This document shows, one piece after another, positions 19,056 through 28,316 of a DNA stretch of 64,000 nt. The position numbers and the translations under genes are program-made. The DNA is from Candidatus Iainarchaeum sp. (lineage in GTDB: Archaea > Iainarchaeota > Iainarchaeia > Iainarchaeales > GCA-2688035), in the NCBI GenBank assembly GCA_017610205.1, contig JAFCCL010000002.1, positions 1 through 64,000 on the forward strand. The letters are read 5' to 3'. Within the stretch, counting starts at the first letter, position 1; each line of letters opens with the position of its first letter. Under the pieces are notes generated by a model. That model had not been told where the DNA came from and did not search any database. It worked only from the letters and a program-made list of their open reading frames with translations.

Positions 19056-19328
19056 ATGATTGATATGAGAGCTAGAACAACTGTTTTGCACTACCCAAGA
19101 TTGGATACGGTTCTAATGGTGGAGGATGCAATAAAGAATGCACCAGACTACCCTACAAGAACAAAGCTCTGGAAGAGTCTGCCAAGAAAAGTGATGTACC
19201 AAACGTTCAAAACAGTGATTGATTATTTGATTGCTTCAAGAAAAGTGATTCTCACTAAAGATGACAAACTCATGTGGATTTTTGCGGATTCACCAAAAGC
19301 AAGAAAGTTAATTGAAGAGAGCATGTAA
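19056..19328 (+). CDS. Small wHTH protein, probable antitoxin
   Basis: YPRLDTVLMVE..LWKSLPRKVMYQT; lies directly upstream of a RelE-like remnant. Confidence 0.7.
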   Translation: MIDMRARTTVLHYPRLDTVLMVEDAIKNAPDYPTRTKLWKSLPRKVMYQTFKTVIDYLIASRKVILTKDDKLMWIFADSPKARKLIEESM

Positions 19329-19333
19329 GCCTA

Positions 19334-19677
19334 ATGCAGGAAATCAAATACAGCAAGGAATTCAATAAGGACTATGTCAAACTGCTAACAAAGCAGACAA
19401 AGGAAACAGGGAAGCCGAATATTTACTGGAATTAATAAGCAAGGCTACTGCAAGGCTAGCGGAAAATTGTGAAGCAGGCAAAAAAGTCCAAAGAAAACAA
19501 TGGACAAAAGAATAAATTCAAAAATATGACATCAAAAACCTCTGGAAATACAATCTTGATTCTTACTGGCGAATGACCTACACAATAACAGGAACCCAAG
19601 TAGACATCTTCCTAATCTACTTAGAATATATGACCCACAAGGATTACGACCGAAAATTCAAATACAAGAGAGGGTAA
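19334..19677 (+). pseudogene. RelE/ParE-like toxin pseudogene
   Basis: MQEIKYSKEF... frameshift ~19390; in-frame TAA ~19513; then KYDIKNLWKYNLDSYWRMTYTI...LEYMTHKDYDRKFKY. Confidence 0.7.
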
Positions 19678-19787
19678 AAAAAAACTTATCGAAAATAGTA
19701 AGCAAAACATTTTCAATAATTGATTTTATAACCTCCGATTAAAGCACCAATAACTATTTATTCCACAAACTAGTTGTAATAATTGTT

Positions 19788-20795
19788 ATGGAATGGACAA
19801 AGCTAAAGCAAAAGTATGACAAAAAATGTGCTCTTTCCTGGATAAGGACTTTTTCAGACCAGTGCATTGAAGCAGTATACTATGCCAAAAGGTTCAAGCC
19901 AAAGAAAAGAAAAATTGAAAAAATTGTAGCATGCGGAATGGGTGGCTCAGGAATAGGAGCAGGCATTCTAAGAAACCTGCTCAAAGACGAATTAGAAGTT
20001 CCGTTTGAATCATTTAACAGCTACGAACTGCCTGAATACGTTGACTCAAAAACACTGGTGTTATGTATTTCGTTTTCAGGAAACACAGAAGAAACACTTT
20101 CCTGTTTCAAGCAAGCCAAAAAGAAAAGAGCCTACGTTGTCAGCCTCACAACAAATGGAAAGCTTAAAAAAATGGCAAAAAATGATTTGGTTTTAATTCC
20201 TGAAAGAGCACCACAACCAAGAATGGCAATAGCATATCTTTGCCTTACAATGCTTATCATTCTGGAAAAACTTAAATTGGTGGAAAAAAAAGACAGTGAA
20301 TTAGGAGAAGCTGTTTTTCTTCTCAAAAAAGAGCAACAAAACCTTGAACAAAAAGCAAAAGAACTCGCAGTCAAAATGAAGGGAAAAATGCCAATAATTT
20401 ACGCTGCAGAAGAACTTCAAACCATTGCCTACAGGTTTAGAACAGAAATTAATGAAAATGCAAAACAATTTGCATTAAGTCATTTTTTGCCTGAACAAAA
20501 CCACAATGAAATAAGCTCAAGTTTTGGCTTAAGTAGGGAAAGCTGTGAAATCTTTCTCTTAAGACATGATAGTGAAAACAAACGGGTTGCAAAACGCTTC
20601 AAAATTCTCAAAAAAATCATGGGCAAAAACTTCAACATTACGGAAATAAACCTAAAGGGAAAATCGCTTATGGCAACAACATTTTACACACTGCAACTTG
20701 CAGCACTAACAGCATACTATTTAGCCCTGCTTAATCACGTTGACCCACAACCAGTGCCATCAATAAGCATTCTCAAAAAAGCGCTGAAAAAATAG
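19788..20795 (+). CDS. Bifunctional phosphoglucose/phosphomannose isomerase (SIS domains)
   Basis: GMGGSG, SFSGNTEET, PRMA, INENAK, PEQNHNE. Confidence 0.92.
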   Translation: MEWTKLKQKYDKKCALSWIRTFSDQCIEAVYYAKRFKPKKRKIEKIVACGMGGSGIGAGILRNLLKDELEVPFESFNSYELPEYVDSKTLVLCISFSGNTEETLSCFKQAKKKRAYVVSLTTNGKLKKMAKNDLVLIPERAPQPRMAIAYLCLTMLIILEKLKLVEKKDSELGEAVFLLKKEQQNLEQKAKELAVKMKGKMPIIYAAEELQTIAYRFRTEINENAKQFALSHFLPEQNHNEISSSFGLSRESCEIFLLRHDSENKRVAKRFKILKKIMGKNFNITEINLKGKSLMATTFYTLQLAALTAYYLALLNHVDPQPVPSISILKKALKK

Positions 20796-21943
20796 CTCTC
20801 CTGGTATAGTACAACGACTTTTGCCCATAGTGAATCCAAGCGTTTATTCTGTAAAAATATTTCTTAGGTAATTGTAATTTCTTGAAAATTGTTCTTCGCC
20901 CTAATCCCCCACCATGTAATTTTATTACTTTTTCATATAGTTCCCATTCGTGTTTTAACCAAACAGATTTTTGCAGAAATATTTCAACAAAATTTGCAAA
21001 TTTTATTTGTTTTTCTTCAGCGTATTTAAATGGAAGCTCTTTGAATAAGCGAAGGATGTTCGGAGCATGTGAATCTATAGAAAAATAAAGCTTCATTGAA
21101 CGCTCTCCACTTTTTTTAATTGTTCGACATTTTTCTGAAGAAATAGGAGATGAAGAAATTCCAAATTCTTTAAGCAAGGTTTTAATCTGAGACAAAAAAA
21201 TTCGCAAGTCTTTTTCTTTTCGTTCAATCTTGTGCAAACCAAATTGAGAGCAAGAAAATGCATTCTTTACTCTAAGATAAGGACACTGTAATTCATTTCC
21301 AAAAAGAACGCTCAGAAAAGCACGCTTTGTATCTTTAGTGCTATTCATAACCCATCCAGGAACTTTCGTGGAAATAGAAACTTTATCGCCAGCAGGAACA
21401 CCAGCTAGATAAAACAATCTTGTAAGAGAAGTATTATTTATATATAAACGCCAACAAAAACCCAAAGGCGTGGATTTGATTATGTTGCCATTTTTTATTT
21501 TTGTTATTGTCGAAGTTGTAGAATCATAAACTAACTTTGAATTAACACCATAAAACCTATTTAATTGAATAGAAATATTTTCCAAATCTTTTTTTTTGTC
21601 TATACAAAATAAGCAACCCCAACTGCTTACTTAAGTGCCCATCACCAAATAAGAAAGCAGCCAAGTCAGTAAATAGAATAAATTCATTTGCAAGATTTTC
21701 TTTTAAAGGCATCAACTTTATTGATTTAAGAAAAGTAAGTGCTCTAATAGCTGTAGGCATTTGTTTTCCTTGAAGCCAGTTACAAACAGTTTTTGGTGAG
21801 CAGTTAAGTTGTTTTGCTATTTTAGAAAAATTTTTGATTTGTTTATGCAATTCACATGCAACAAGGTATTTCTCTGCCATCCTGTAATTGTATTTACCAA
21901 ATGACACAAGGAATGTTTCTTCATCAACAATAGTTTCTTCCAT
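20773..21943 (-). pseudogene. Free-standing HTH + LAGLIDADG endonuclease-like gene, frameshifted
   Basis: HTH (IAKQLNCSPKTVCNW), AAFLFGDGHL and RAFLSVLFGNE motifs, VPGWV linker; two ORFs join across an A9 tract at 21589-21597. Confidence 0.75.
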
Positions 21944-22426
21944 GGCAAAATCTTGTTTTTTCTTTTTAAACCGCTTTGTATAGTCCAGGTTTCCGGGGAT
22001 CATGGCAAACACCATATGAAAACTATGCCAAGACAAAAACCCGTATAATACGTGTACAATTCTGTACTCTTTCAGTTAAAACCAAGCATTTCCAACGCTA
22101 TTGGCGGAACCATAAGAAGAAATAAAGGAAGGGTCATCCACTTCAAGCTCATTGCGAAGACCTCTTCTTTATATTTTGCAATATTTCTTTAAGAGAAACC
22201 CCGTAACTAAATGGGTTTCCTTTTGTTTCTGAAAGTTTTTGAGAAAAACTCATTATATCACCTCCAATTTAGAATGAATTTTTTCGTGGTTTTCTTACGA
22301 ATTTTGGAGATATTAAACTCTTTCCGCCAGAAGTCGGAATTTATTCGTGGAAAGATTTAAATCGAGAAAATTCGAGTCCTAAGAAAAAATTCTTTTAGTG
22401 GAGGTGATGAGAGCTCTATAGAAGAA

Positions 22427-22630
22427 CTACATCATTTTGCGACTTGATTTGCGTGTTTGACGCAAGCATTTCTTATGCCAATACTGTCCCATCCACTTTT
22501 TTTCGGTTCCTGTTCCGCCACAAAAAGAACATGCTTCAGTATACTTGCCTTCAGGCTGCGCCTCTTCAGTCTCTTTCTTTTGCTTTTCAAGCTCTTCCTT
22601 TTTTCCCTTTAGTTTGTCAAGAAAACCCAT
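22427..22630 (-). CDS. Small Zn-finger protein (CxxC...HxxC)
   Basis: ATG at 22630, CSFC...WHKKC; starts 3 nt after the tRNA-Gln 3' end. Confidence 0.7.
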   Translation of the reverse strand: MGFLDKLKGKKEELEKQKKETEEAQPEGKYTEACSFCGGTGTEKKWMGQYWHKKCLRQTRKSSRKMM

Positions 22631-22633
22631 GAT

Positions 22634-22706
22634 TAGCCCCGCAGAGATTCGAACTCTGGTCCCAGGCTCCAAAGGCCTGTATCCTTGGCCACTAGACGAC
22701 GGGGCT
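22634..22706 (-). tRNA. tRNA-Gln (TTG)
   Basis: AGCCCCG/CGGGGCT-A with the archaeal Gln A1-U72 pair, loop CT-TTG-GA, TTCGAAT. Confidence 0.95.
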
Positions 22707-22781
22707 ATTCCGAATTTATTGTCCCGTCGTCTTCTTTTTTCGCAAACCTTTTTCCAAAAGGTTTACTAGACGACGGGGCTA
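22691..22781. repeat. 17-bp direct repeat of the tRNA-Gln 5' end flanking a hairpin-containing insert
   Basis: ACTAGACGACGGGGCTA at 22691-22707 and 22765-22781; inverted CCCGTCGTCT at 22723-22732. Confidence 0.9.
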
Positions 22782-22883
22782 GTACCTAAGAAAATTTAGA
22801 GAAGAAGGTATTTTAAATTTGATAATTAGGTTTTTTACTAACAATTTCGCTGCTTTTAAAGGAAAAAACAAGGCAATATCTTT

Positions 22884-23291
22884 ATGAGAGTAAAAAATCC
22901 AGGCATTGCAGTGACTTTGCTCATTGCATTGCTGTTTTTAGTACCTTTCAGCACAGCTAGTGAAAGCGTAATTCCCTATGTCAGAATAGACACTCCACAG
23001 AACTAACAATCAGTTACAGGCACTACAACAATAAAATTTATTGTCGAAGGAAAAGAGCTTCATGACCCAAGTCTTTCAATTGAGGGGGAAAACATGGGTT
23101 TTGCTATTCCATTGGCAGGTATAGTTTCAGAGCCTCTTGGAGGAGATGGAATCCAACAAATGCAGTGCCAATATGACTGGAACACAAAAGATTTTGAAGA
23201 ACAAAATGTAACAATCAACGCCTTTGTTTATGAAGGGGAAACAGTCTTGAATGACAAAGTAGGGGTTTACGTTTCTAGTGAATGTGCTTAA
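22884..23291 (+). pseudogene. Secreted Ig-like (Big) domain protein with an in-frame stop
   Basis: Signal peptide MRVKNPGIAVTLLIALLFLVPFSTA, VRIDTPQN*QSVTG (TAA at 23004), YDWNT; one frame throughout. Confidence 0.65.
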
Positions 23292-23396
23292 AAAAACAAA
23301 TTTGTGCTTTTAGGAATATTGGCTTTTCGCAATACGGCTACTTACCCAAAGAAATACCTTTAAATTAGTTCCCAATTCTAAATTAATTCACTTAAA

Positions 23397-23471
23397 GGAT
23401 GAGTAGCACAGTCTGGTTAGTGCACCCGCCTGATAAGCGGGAGGTCCCAGGTTCAAATCCTGGCTCATCCA
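23397..23471 (+). tRNA. tRNA-Ile (GAT)
   Basis: GGATGAG/CTCATCC-A, loop CT-GAT-AA, TTCAAAT. Confidence 0.95.
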
Positions 23472-23510
23472 ATCCCCTAATTTTTTATACTCTGAAAACG
23501 CAATTATATT

Positions 23511-23819
23511 ATGGACCCTATGGAAATAAAGTTTACAATTCTTGCCGTCTTTTTGATTACGCATTTTACTGCGTTTTACAAAAAATGGTATTACACAAGA
23601 CCGCAGATTGATACAATTACACATTTTTTAGGAGGGCTTGCTGTTGGTGCATTTATTAAGGACTGGAGTATTGCAATTGCTTTGATAATTGTGTGGGAGT
23701 TCCTGGAAATGCTAATGGTAAGCAAGTATTGGAGGGCTTTTAGGGAAACGCCTTTTAACAAAGTGCAGGATGCTCTTTTTGGTTTGCTTGGATTCTTTAT
23801 AGCAGTTAATGTGTTTTAA
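23511..23819 (+). CDS. Small membrane protein (D..H...WE..E...D motif family)
   Basis: DTITHFLGG, WEFLE, QDALFG within hydrophobic helices. Confidence 0.7.
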   Translation: MDPMEIKFTILAVFLITHFTAFYKKWYYTRPQIDTITHFLGGLAVGAFIKDWSIAIALIIVWEFLEMLMVSKYWRAFRETPFNKVQDALFGLLGFFIAVNVF

Positions 23820-23821
23820 GT

Positions 23822-24373
23822 CTACTTTTCAGGCAACTGCATTTCGTCCCAGATGTCCACAAAGCTGTCAACCATTTCGTCCAAAAAGCTTTTCTTGTAA
23901 CTGCTTAAAAGGGCTGAAATATTGTCAGCATCCTTGATGTAAAAAAAGGTTTTTCTTCCAACGCGCCTTTTTTCAACAAGATTTCCCTGAACAAGCTTTA
24001 CCATATGCCAGCTTATAGTACTTGGACTCAAACCAACCGCTGCTGCAATTTTTTCATTGTTTGCCCTTTTTTTGGTTAAAAGGAAAAGAATTATTTTTCT
24101 AAGGCTTGGCTGTCTCAAAAGCCCTATTGTAGCCTGGTTTTCTCCAAGCTGAGGGCCCCTTGTGCTGTAATACCTGACAAACTTGCCGTTTTTTTCAGAT
24201 TTAATCAAATGCCTTTTTAATAAAAAGTCAATATGGTATTGCAGGCTTCCTGTAGCAATTTTTGTGCGCCTTTGCAGTTCTCTGAAATGCAAACCAGGGC
24301 TTTTGTTTATTGCCCTGTAAATTTTGTTCCTTGCTCCAAGAGCAAGAGCTTCACTTAATTGTTCGTCCCGCAT
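23822..24373 (-). CDS. Tandem winged-HTH (ArsR-like) transcriptional regulator
   Basis: PGLHFRELQR...GSLQYH and LSPSTISWH double wHTH. Confidence 0.88.
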   Translation of the reverse strand: MRDEQLSEALALGARNKIYRAINKSPGLHFRELQRRTKIATGSLQYHIDFLLKRHLIKSEKNGKFVRYYSTRGPQLGENQATIGLLRQPSLRKIILFLLTKKRANNEKIAAAVGLSPSTISWHMVKLVQGNLVEKRRVGRKTFFYIKDADNISALLSSYKKSFLDEMVDSFVDIWDEMQLPEK

Positions 24374-24394
24374 GGCACCAAAAACTCCTACTGT

Positions 24395-24697
24395 TTACTT
24401 CTTAAAGATTGCCAGGAAAAGGCAGACTAAAATTCCCAATTCAAAAACATTGTTTGCTGCCCTGTGGAAAAAATACCCAGGACTAAAAAACAAGTCAATT
24501 ACATTCAAAGTCCATTTTGCCGCAAACAAAAAGAACGCCAGGGTTACAAACAGGAGTCGCCTGCTCCTTGTACGTCTGTATGCAAGAACTGAAATTGCAA
24601 AAAGCACAAGGGTGAGCACAAAAATAATTATGCTTGTAAAAAAATCAAAAGCAACTGCTTGATTTGTAACAGGTCTAAGAATATCCCAAAAAGCCAT
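24395..24697 (-). CDS. Small 3-TM membrane protein paired with the wHTH regulator
   Basis: SD GGAGGT; AYRRTRSRRLLFVTLAF motif typical of small archaeal membrane partners of such regulators. Confidence 0.7.
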   Translation of the reverse strand: MAFWDILRPVTNQAVAFDFFTSIIIFVLTLVLFAISVLAYRRTRSRRLLFVTLAFFLFAAKWTLNVIDLFFSPGYFFHRAANNVFELGILVCLFLAIFKK

Positions 24698-24744
24698 CAG
24701 AAAACCTCCATTTTATTTAAATAATATTAAACCAAAAAGGATTT

Positions 24745-24855
24745 AAAAAGAAAAATTAAGGAAAGGCAACCAACCATGAGGTGAAACCCTTTACAAAAAT
24801 AAACAGGTTGCCTCCCTTTGGGGGGTGATACAATTGTAGGAGGTAATTGTCTCAC
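24745..24855 (-). ncRNA. Putative sRNA with three anti-Shine-Dalgarno motifs
   Basis: TATA box TTTATAAA starting 28 nt upstream, two hairpins with minus-strand G-U pairs, T-rich end; motifs UUACCUCCU, AUCACCCC, UUUCACCUC. Confidence 0.6.
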
Positions 24856-24875
24856 GTAATAATATTCGCCTCTGG

Positions 24876-24883
24876 TTTATAAA
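24876..24883 (-). promoter_or_regulatory. Archaeal TATA box for the putative sRNA
   Basis: TTTATAAA at -28 relative to G24855. Confidence 0.5.
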
Positions 24884-24976
24884 GAGATTTTGGTACAAAA
24901 AAACAATAGTGCAAAAATCGAAGCCGGACGCATACTAGCAATAAAATGGTAGCAGGGGTTGATTTAAGGAATTGTA

Positions 24977-25378
24977 TTATTTGATAGAAACAAGTAATTT
25001 TCTGATTCTTGGGCCATCAAACTCTGCAAACATCGCGCCTTCCCATACTCCAAGCAAGAGCTTTCCGTCCTTTACAATAATCGTTCTACTGTTTCCAATT
25101 ACTGCTGACTTGATATGAGAATCCGAATTCCCTTCCAGGTGAGTATATTCCGGTGCATTTGCAGGTACCATCTTATTCAGTTTTGCAAGAACATCTTTTT
25201 GGACCGAGGGATCTGCATTCTCAGTAATTATTACTGCAGCAGTTGTGTGAGGAGAATAAACAACACAAATTCCTTCCTTGATTCCGCTTTTAGAAACAAT
25301 GTCCTGCACTTTGTCAGTTAAGTCAATTAGTTCAATTCTCTTCTTACTCTTTATTGAAATTTCTTTTATCAAACTCAT
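24977..25378 (-). CDS. yjbQ: YjbQ (UPF0047) family protein
   Basis: HTTAA...EN, HLEGNSDSHIKS, LG.W, EFDGPR. Confidence 0.92.
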   Translation of the reverse strand: MSLIKEISIKSKKRIELIDLTDKVQDIVSKSGIKEGICVVYSPHTTAAVIITENADPSVQKDVLAKLNKMVPANAPEYTHLEGNSDSHIKSAVIGNSRTIIVKDGKLLLGVWEGAMFAEFDGPRIRKLLVSIK

Positions 25379-26784
25379 TCACCCTTGATTCTTTTCAAAA
25401 TAATGTTTTGAACCTCTTTTGGGTTTGCCTTTGCTCTTGTCAGGCGCATTACCTGACCTACAATGAAATTGAGACTTTTTTGCTTGCCTCTTTTTAAATC
25501 AGCAACAGCTGCCTTGTTTTCTGCCATTGCTTTTTCAACAGCTTTTTCAATTTCTCCTTTGTTTAAATCCATTGCAAGCCCTTGACCGTCAATAAACTTT
25601 GTTGGCTTTACTCCTTTTGTAAGATAAACAATTATTGCATCCTTTGCAACCTTTTCTGTTATTTTGCCAGAGGAACGCAGTGAAAGCATAGAGGATATTT
25701 CTTTAGAATCAAGTTCAAGAGAATCAATATCAAGCTCGCTTCTGTTTACTACAGCCATTAGTTCCCTTGTAAGAAAATTGGCTGCAAGATTTGCATCCGT
25801 GTCTTTTGCAACCTGTTCAAACAAATTGCCCAAAGCAAAATTTCCTGCAAGAACCTTGGAAGTGTATTCATCCAAGCCAAATGCTTCAGTAAATCTTTTT
25901 GATTTTGCACCATGCAATTCAGGAAGCTTGTTGCGCATTTCGTCTATTTCGCTTTTTTTAAGCCTGAAGGCTGTTAAATCCGATTCAAAAATATAACCGT
26001 AATCGGCTTCTGTTTCCTTACTTCTTGTTGCCCTAGTGGTTCCCTTTTCTTCATCAAAGGCTCTTGTTTCCATTGCAATTTCCTTGTCTTCAAGCAAAAC
26101 ATGTTTTTGCCTTGCTACCTCAAAAGCAAGTGCTTTTTCAACGCCTTTTTTGCCAGAAACATTTTTCACTTCAACCCGGTTGTTTCCATAAACACTTACA
26201 TTGCAGTCTGCCTTCAAAGTTCCTGTTGTTGGAGAAAAAACTTTGAGATATGAAAGAATTATAGTTAGCTGGTCAAGGAAATCACGTGCTTCCTCAGGGG
26301 TTTCCATATCAGGGTCTGTAACAATTTCAACAAGAGGAATTCCTGAACGGTTGTAGTCAACAAGGCAAAAATTGCTTGAGCCCATTCCCTCAGTGTGGAC
26401 TAATGCAGCAGGATCTTCCTCCAAATGAACTCTGGTAATTCCAACTTTTTTGCCATTACTTAGCATAATGTGCCCTTTTTCTCCTACAGGAATTTCATAC
26501 TGGGTTATTTGAAAATTTTTTGACATGTCAGGATAAAAATATGTTTTTCTGCTGAAGAAAAATTCCTGATTAATTTCACAATCTAGTGCAAGAGCAACCT
26601 TCATTGCATAATCCAAAGCTTTTGCATTTAACACCGGCTTAGTGCCAGGATGCCCTAAGCAAATTGGACAGCATGCAGAATTTGGCTCTTCTGCAGTTGT
26701 TTTGCAGCCACAAAAAAGCTTGCTGTCTGTATTAAGCTGCACATGACATTCAAGACCAATCATTGTGCCTTTTTCTTTGCTCAT
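25375..26784 (-). CDS. gatB: Asp-tRNA(Asn)/Glu-tRNA(Gln) amidotransferase subunit B
   Basis: IGLECHVQL, RKTYFYPD, HLEED, DYNRSGIPLVEIVT, EVKN. Confidence 0.96.
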   Translation of the reverse strand: MSKEKGTMIGLECHVQLNTDSKLFCGCKTTAEEPNSACCPICLGHPGTKPVLNAKALDYAMKVALALDCEINQEFFFSRKTYFYPDMSKNFQITQYEIPVGEKGHIMLSNGKKVGITRVHLEEDPAALVHTEGMGSSNFCLVDYNRSGIPLVEIVTDPDMETPEEARDFLDQLTIILSYLKVFSPTTGTLKADCNVSVYGNNRVEVKNVSGKKGVEKALAFEVARQKHVLLEDKEIAMETRAFDEEKGTTRATRSKETEADYGYIFESDLTAFRLKKSEIDEMRNKLPELHGAKSKRFTEAFGLDEYTSKVLAGNFALGNLFEQVAKDTDANLAANFLTRELMAVVNRSELDIDSLELDSKEISSMLSLRSSGKITEKVAKDAIIVYLTKGVKPTKFIDGQGLAMDLNKGEIEKAVEKAMAENKAAVADLKRGKQKSLNFIVGQVMRLTRAKANPKEVQNIILKRIKGE

Positions 26785-27543
26785 TTAGACATTCACCTGC
26801 ATTAAGTCTTTTGCCAAAAGGATTTCTCCCTTGAAATCCTTGGACACCATTAACTTGAAGTCTTTGTCCTCGTCTTGTGGATCAATGTGTGTTAACATAA
26901 CTGTATTTACTTTAGCCCTTGAAGCAATCCTGGCAAATTGCATAGCATTAAGATGATTAGGTGTTTCCTTTTCTGCATGATTGCACTCTGCTATCATAAG
27001 ATCTGCTCCCTTAGACAATTCAACAAGGTTTTCGTTTTGAGCAGTATCTCCAGCAAACACAATTGACTTGTTGTCTGCTTCAAAACGGAAGGCAGTACTA
27101 CTTGACTCGTGCACCATTGGTTTTGTTATTAGTGAAAAATTAGTAAATTTCTTTGAAGCAAATGAATCAAGCTCTGAAACATTTAATTTGAACAAAGGAT
27201 TTTTCAAGACAGGATAAGCGGTTAGAAGTTTTTTTATAAAATCTTCAAATCCTGGTCCACCAAAAACATCTACTTGAGTTGGGTTTGATAGTTTAGAGAA
27301 AATTGAGACTTTTTTTGCAAAAAGGAATGCCGTCAAGTCGTTTACATGGTCTATGTGTTCAAAATGAGTAAAGAAAAGTTTGTTTACTTTCGTGTAGTCA
27401 ATGCCTACCTTTTGCAGGTTCTTAAAGCAGCCAAAGCCAAGATCAATTACAATTGTTTCGTTTGGTAATTGCAACGCAAAGCCAGCTGCAGATTTATCAG
27501 GTCCAGAGATTGCTGTCCCGCTTCCCAAAACAGTTAATTTCAT
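26785..27543 (-). CDS. Metallo-beta-lactamase fold hydrolase (RNase Z-like)
   Basis: MKLTVLGSG, THFEHIDH, GDT, HL, LTH, AKDL; ATG at 27543 overlaps the upstream stop. Confidence 0.8.
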   Translation of the reverse strand: MKLTVLGSGTAISGPDKSAAGFALQLPNETIVIDLGFGCFKNLQKVGIDYTKVNKLFFTHFEHIDHVNDLTAFLFAKKVSIFSKLSNPTQVDVFGGPGFEDFIKKLLTAYPVLKNPLFKLNVSELDSFASKKFTNFSLITKPMVHESSSTAFRFEADNKSIVFAGDTAQNENLVELSKGADLMIAECNHAEKETPNHLNAMQFARIASRAKVNTVMLTHIDPQDEDKDFKLMVSKDFKGEILLAKDLMQVNV

Positions 27544-28316
27544 TTGTTCAGCTCCTTTATGATTTGTGAATGTAGTTTGCCGTTGGTTGCAACAATTTCC
27601 CTGTCTCTGTAAATGTGAAAGGTTTTGCCTTTGAAGTCTGTTATTTTGCCTCCTGCTTCCTGAAGAATGATTGCACCTGCAGCCCAGTCCCATGGATGCA
27701 TTCCGAATTCAATGTATGCATCCATGCGACCTGCTGCAATATAGGCAAGCCTTATGGCAGCAGAACCAGTTATTCTGATAGTGCCCATTATTTTCAGAAG
27801 CCTTTTGAAGTAGATAGAATGTTTTTTTCTAAGACCTTTCCTGTTTGAGATTGGAACATCAAAAATTGTGTCCTTAAAATTCTTTATTTTGGAAACATGA
27901 ATTCTTTTCCCGTTCAAAAAAGCGCCTTTTCCTTTCTCTGCATAGAAAAGCTCTTTTGTGATTGGAACATAAATCACGCCAAGAACTGGGTTTCTATCCC
28001 TAACAAGACCAATGGAAACAGCAAACAATGGAAGCCCTCTATGAAAGTTGGCTGTTCCATCCAACGGGTCAACAAGCCATGCTTTGTCCCTTGCTTTGTG
28101 AACCTTGTCTTCCTCTGCAAAGAATTTGGCCTTTGGAAAATCTTTTAGAATTATTTTCTTGATTTTTTTCTGGGCCTGCAAATCTGCTTCTGTAACAATT
28201 CCCAAAGCAGGACTTTTCAATCTAACATAGTGAAGCTTTCCGTAATGACTCAGAATTATCTTTCCAGCTGCCTTTGCTGCCTTTATAGCAACTTTTAGTT
28301 CCTTGCTTTGACTCAT
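27540..28316 (-). CDS. Inositol monophosphatase family protein (copy 2)
   Basis: DPLDGTANF, GSAA..LAYIAAGR, PWDWAAG. Confidence 0.92.
   Translation of the reverse strand: MSQSKELKVAIKAAKAAGKIILSHYGKLHYVRLKSPALGIVTEADLQAQKKIKKIILKDFPKAKFFAEEDKVHKARDKAWLVDPLDGTANFHRGLPLFAVSIGLVRDRNPVLGVIYVPITKELFYAEKGKGAFLNGKRIHVSKIKNFKDTIFDVPISNRKGLRKKHSIYFKRLLKIMGTIRITGSAAIRLAYIAAGRMDAYIEFGMHPWDWAAGAIILQEAGGKITDFKGKTFHIYRDREIVATNGKLHSQIIKELNK

Noticed and set aside
21990-22150. Possible remnant of a second IS200 tnpA N-terminus (SANSVGNAWF...FHMVF)
   Set aside because: Too short and degenerate to support without a profile search
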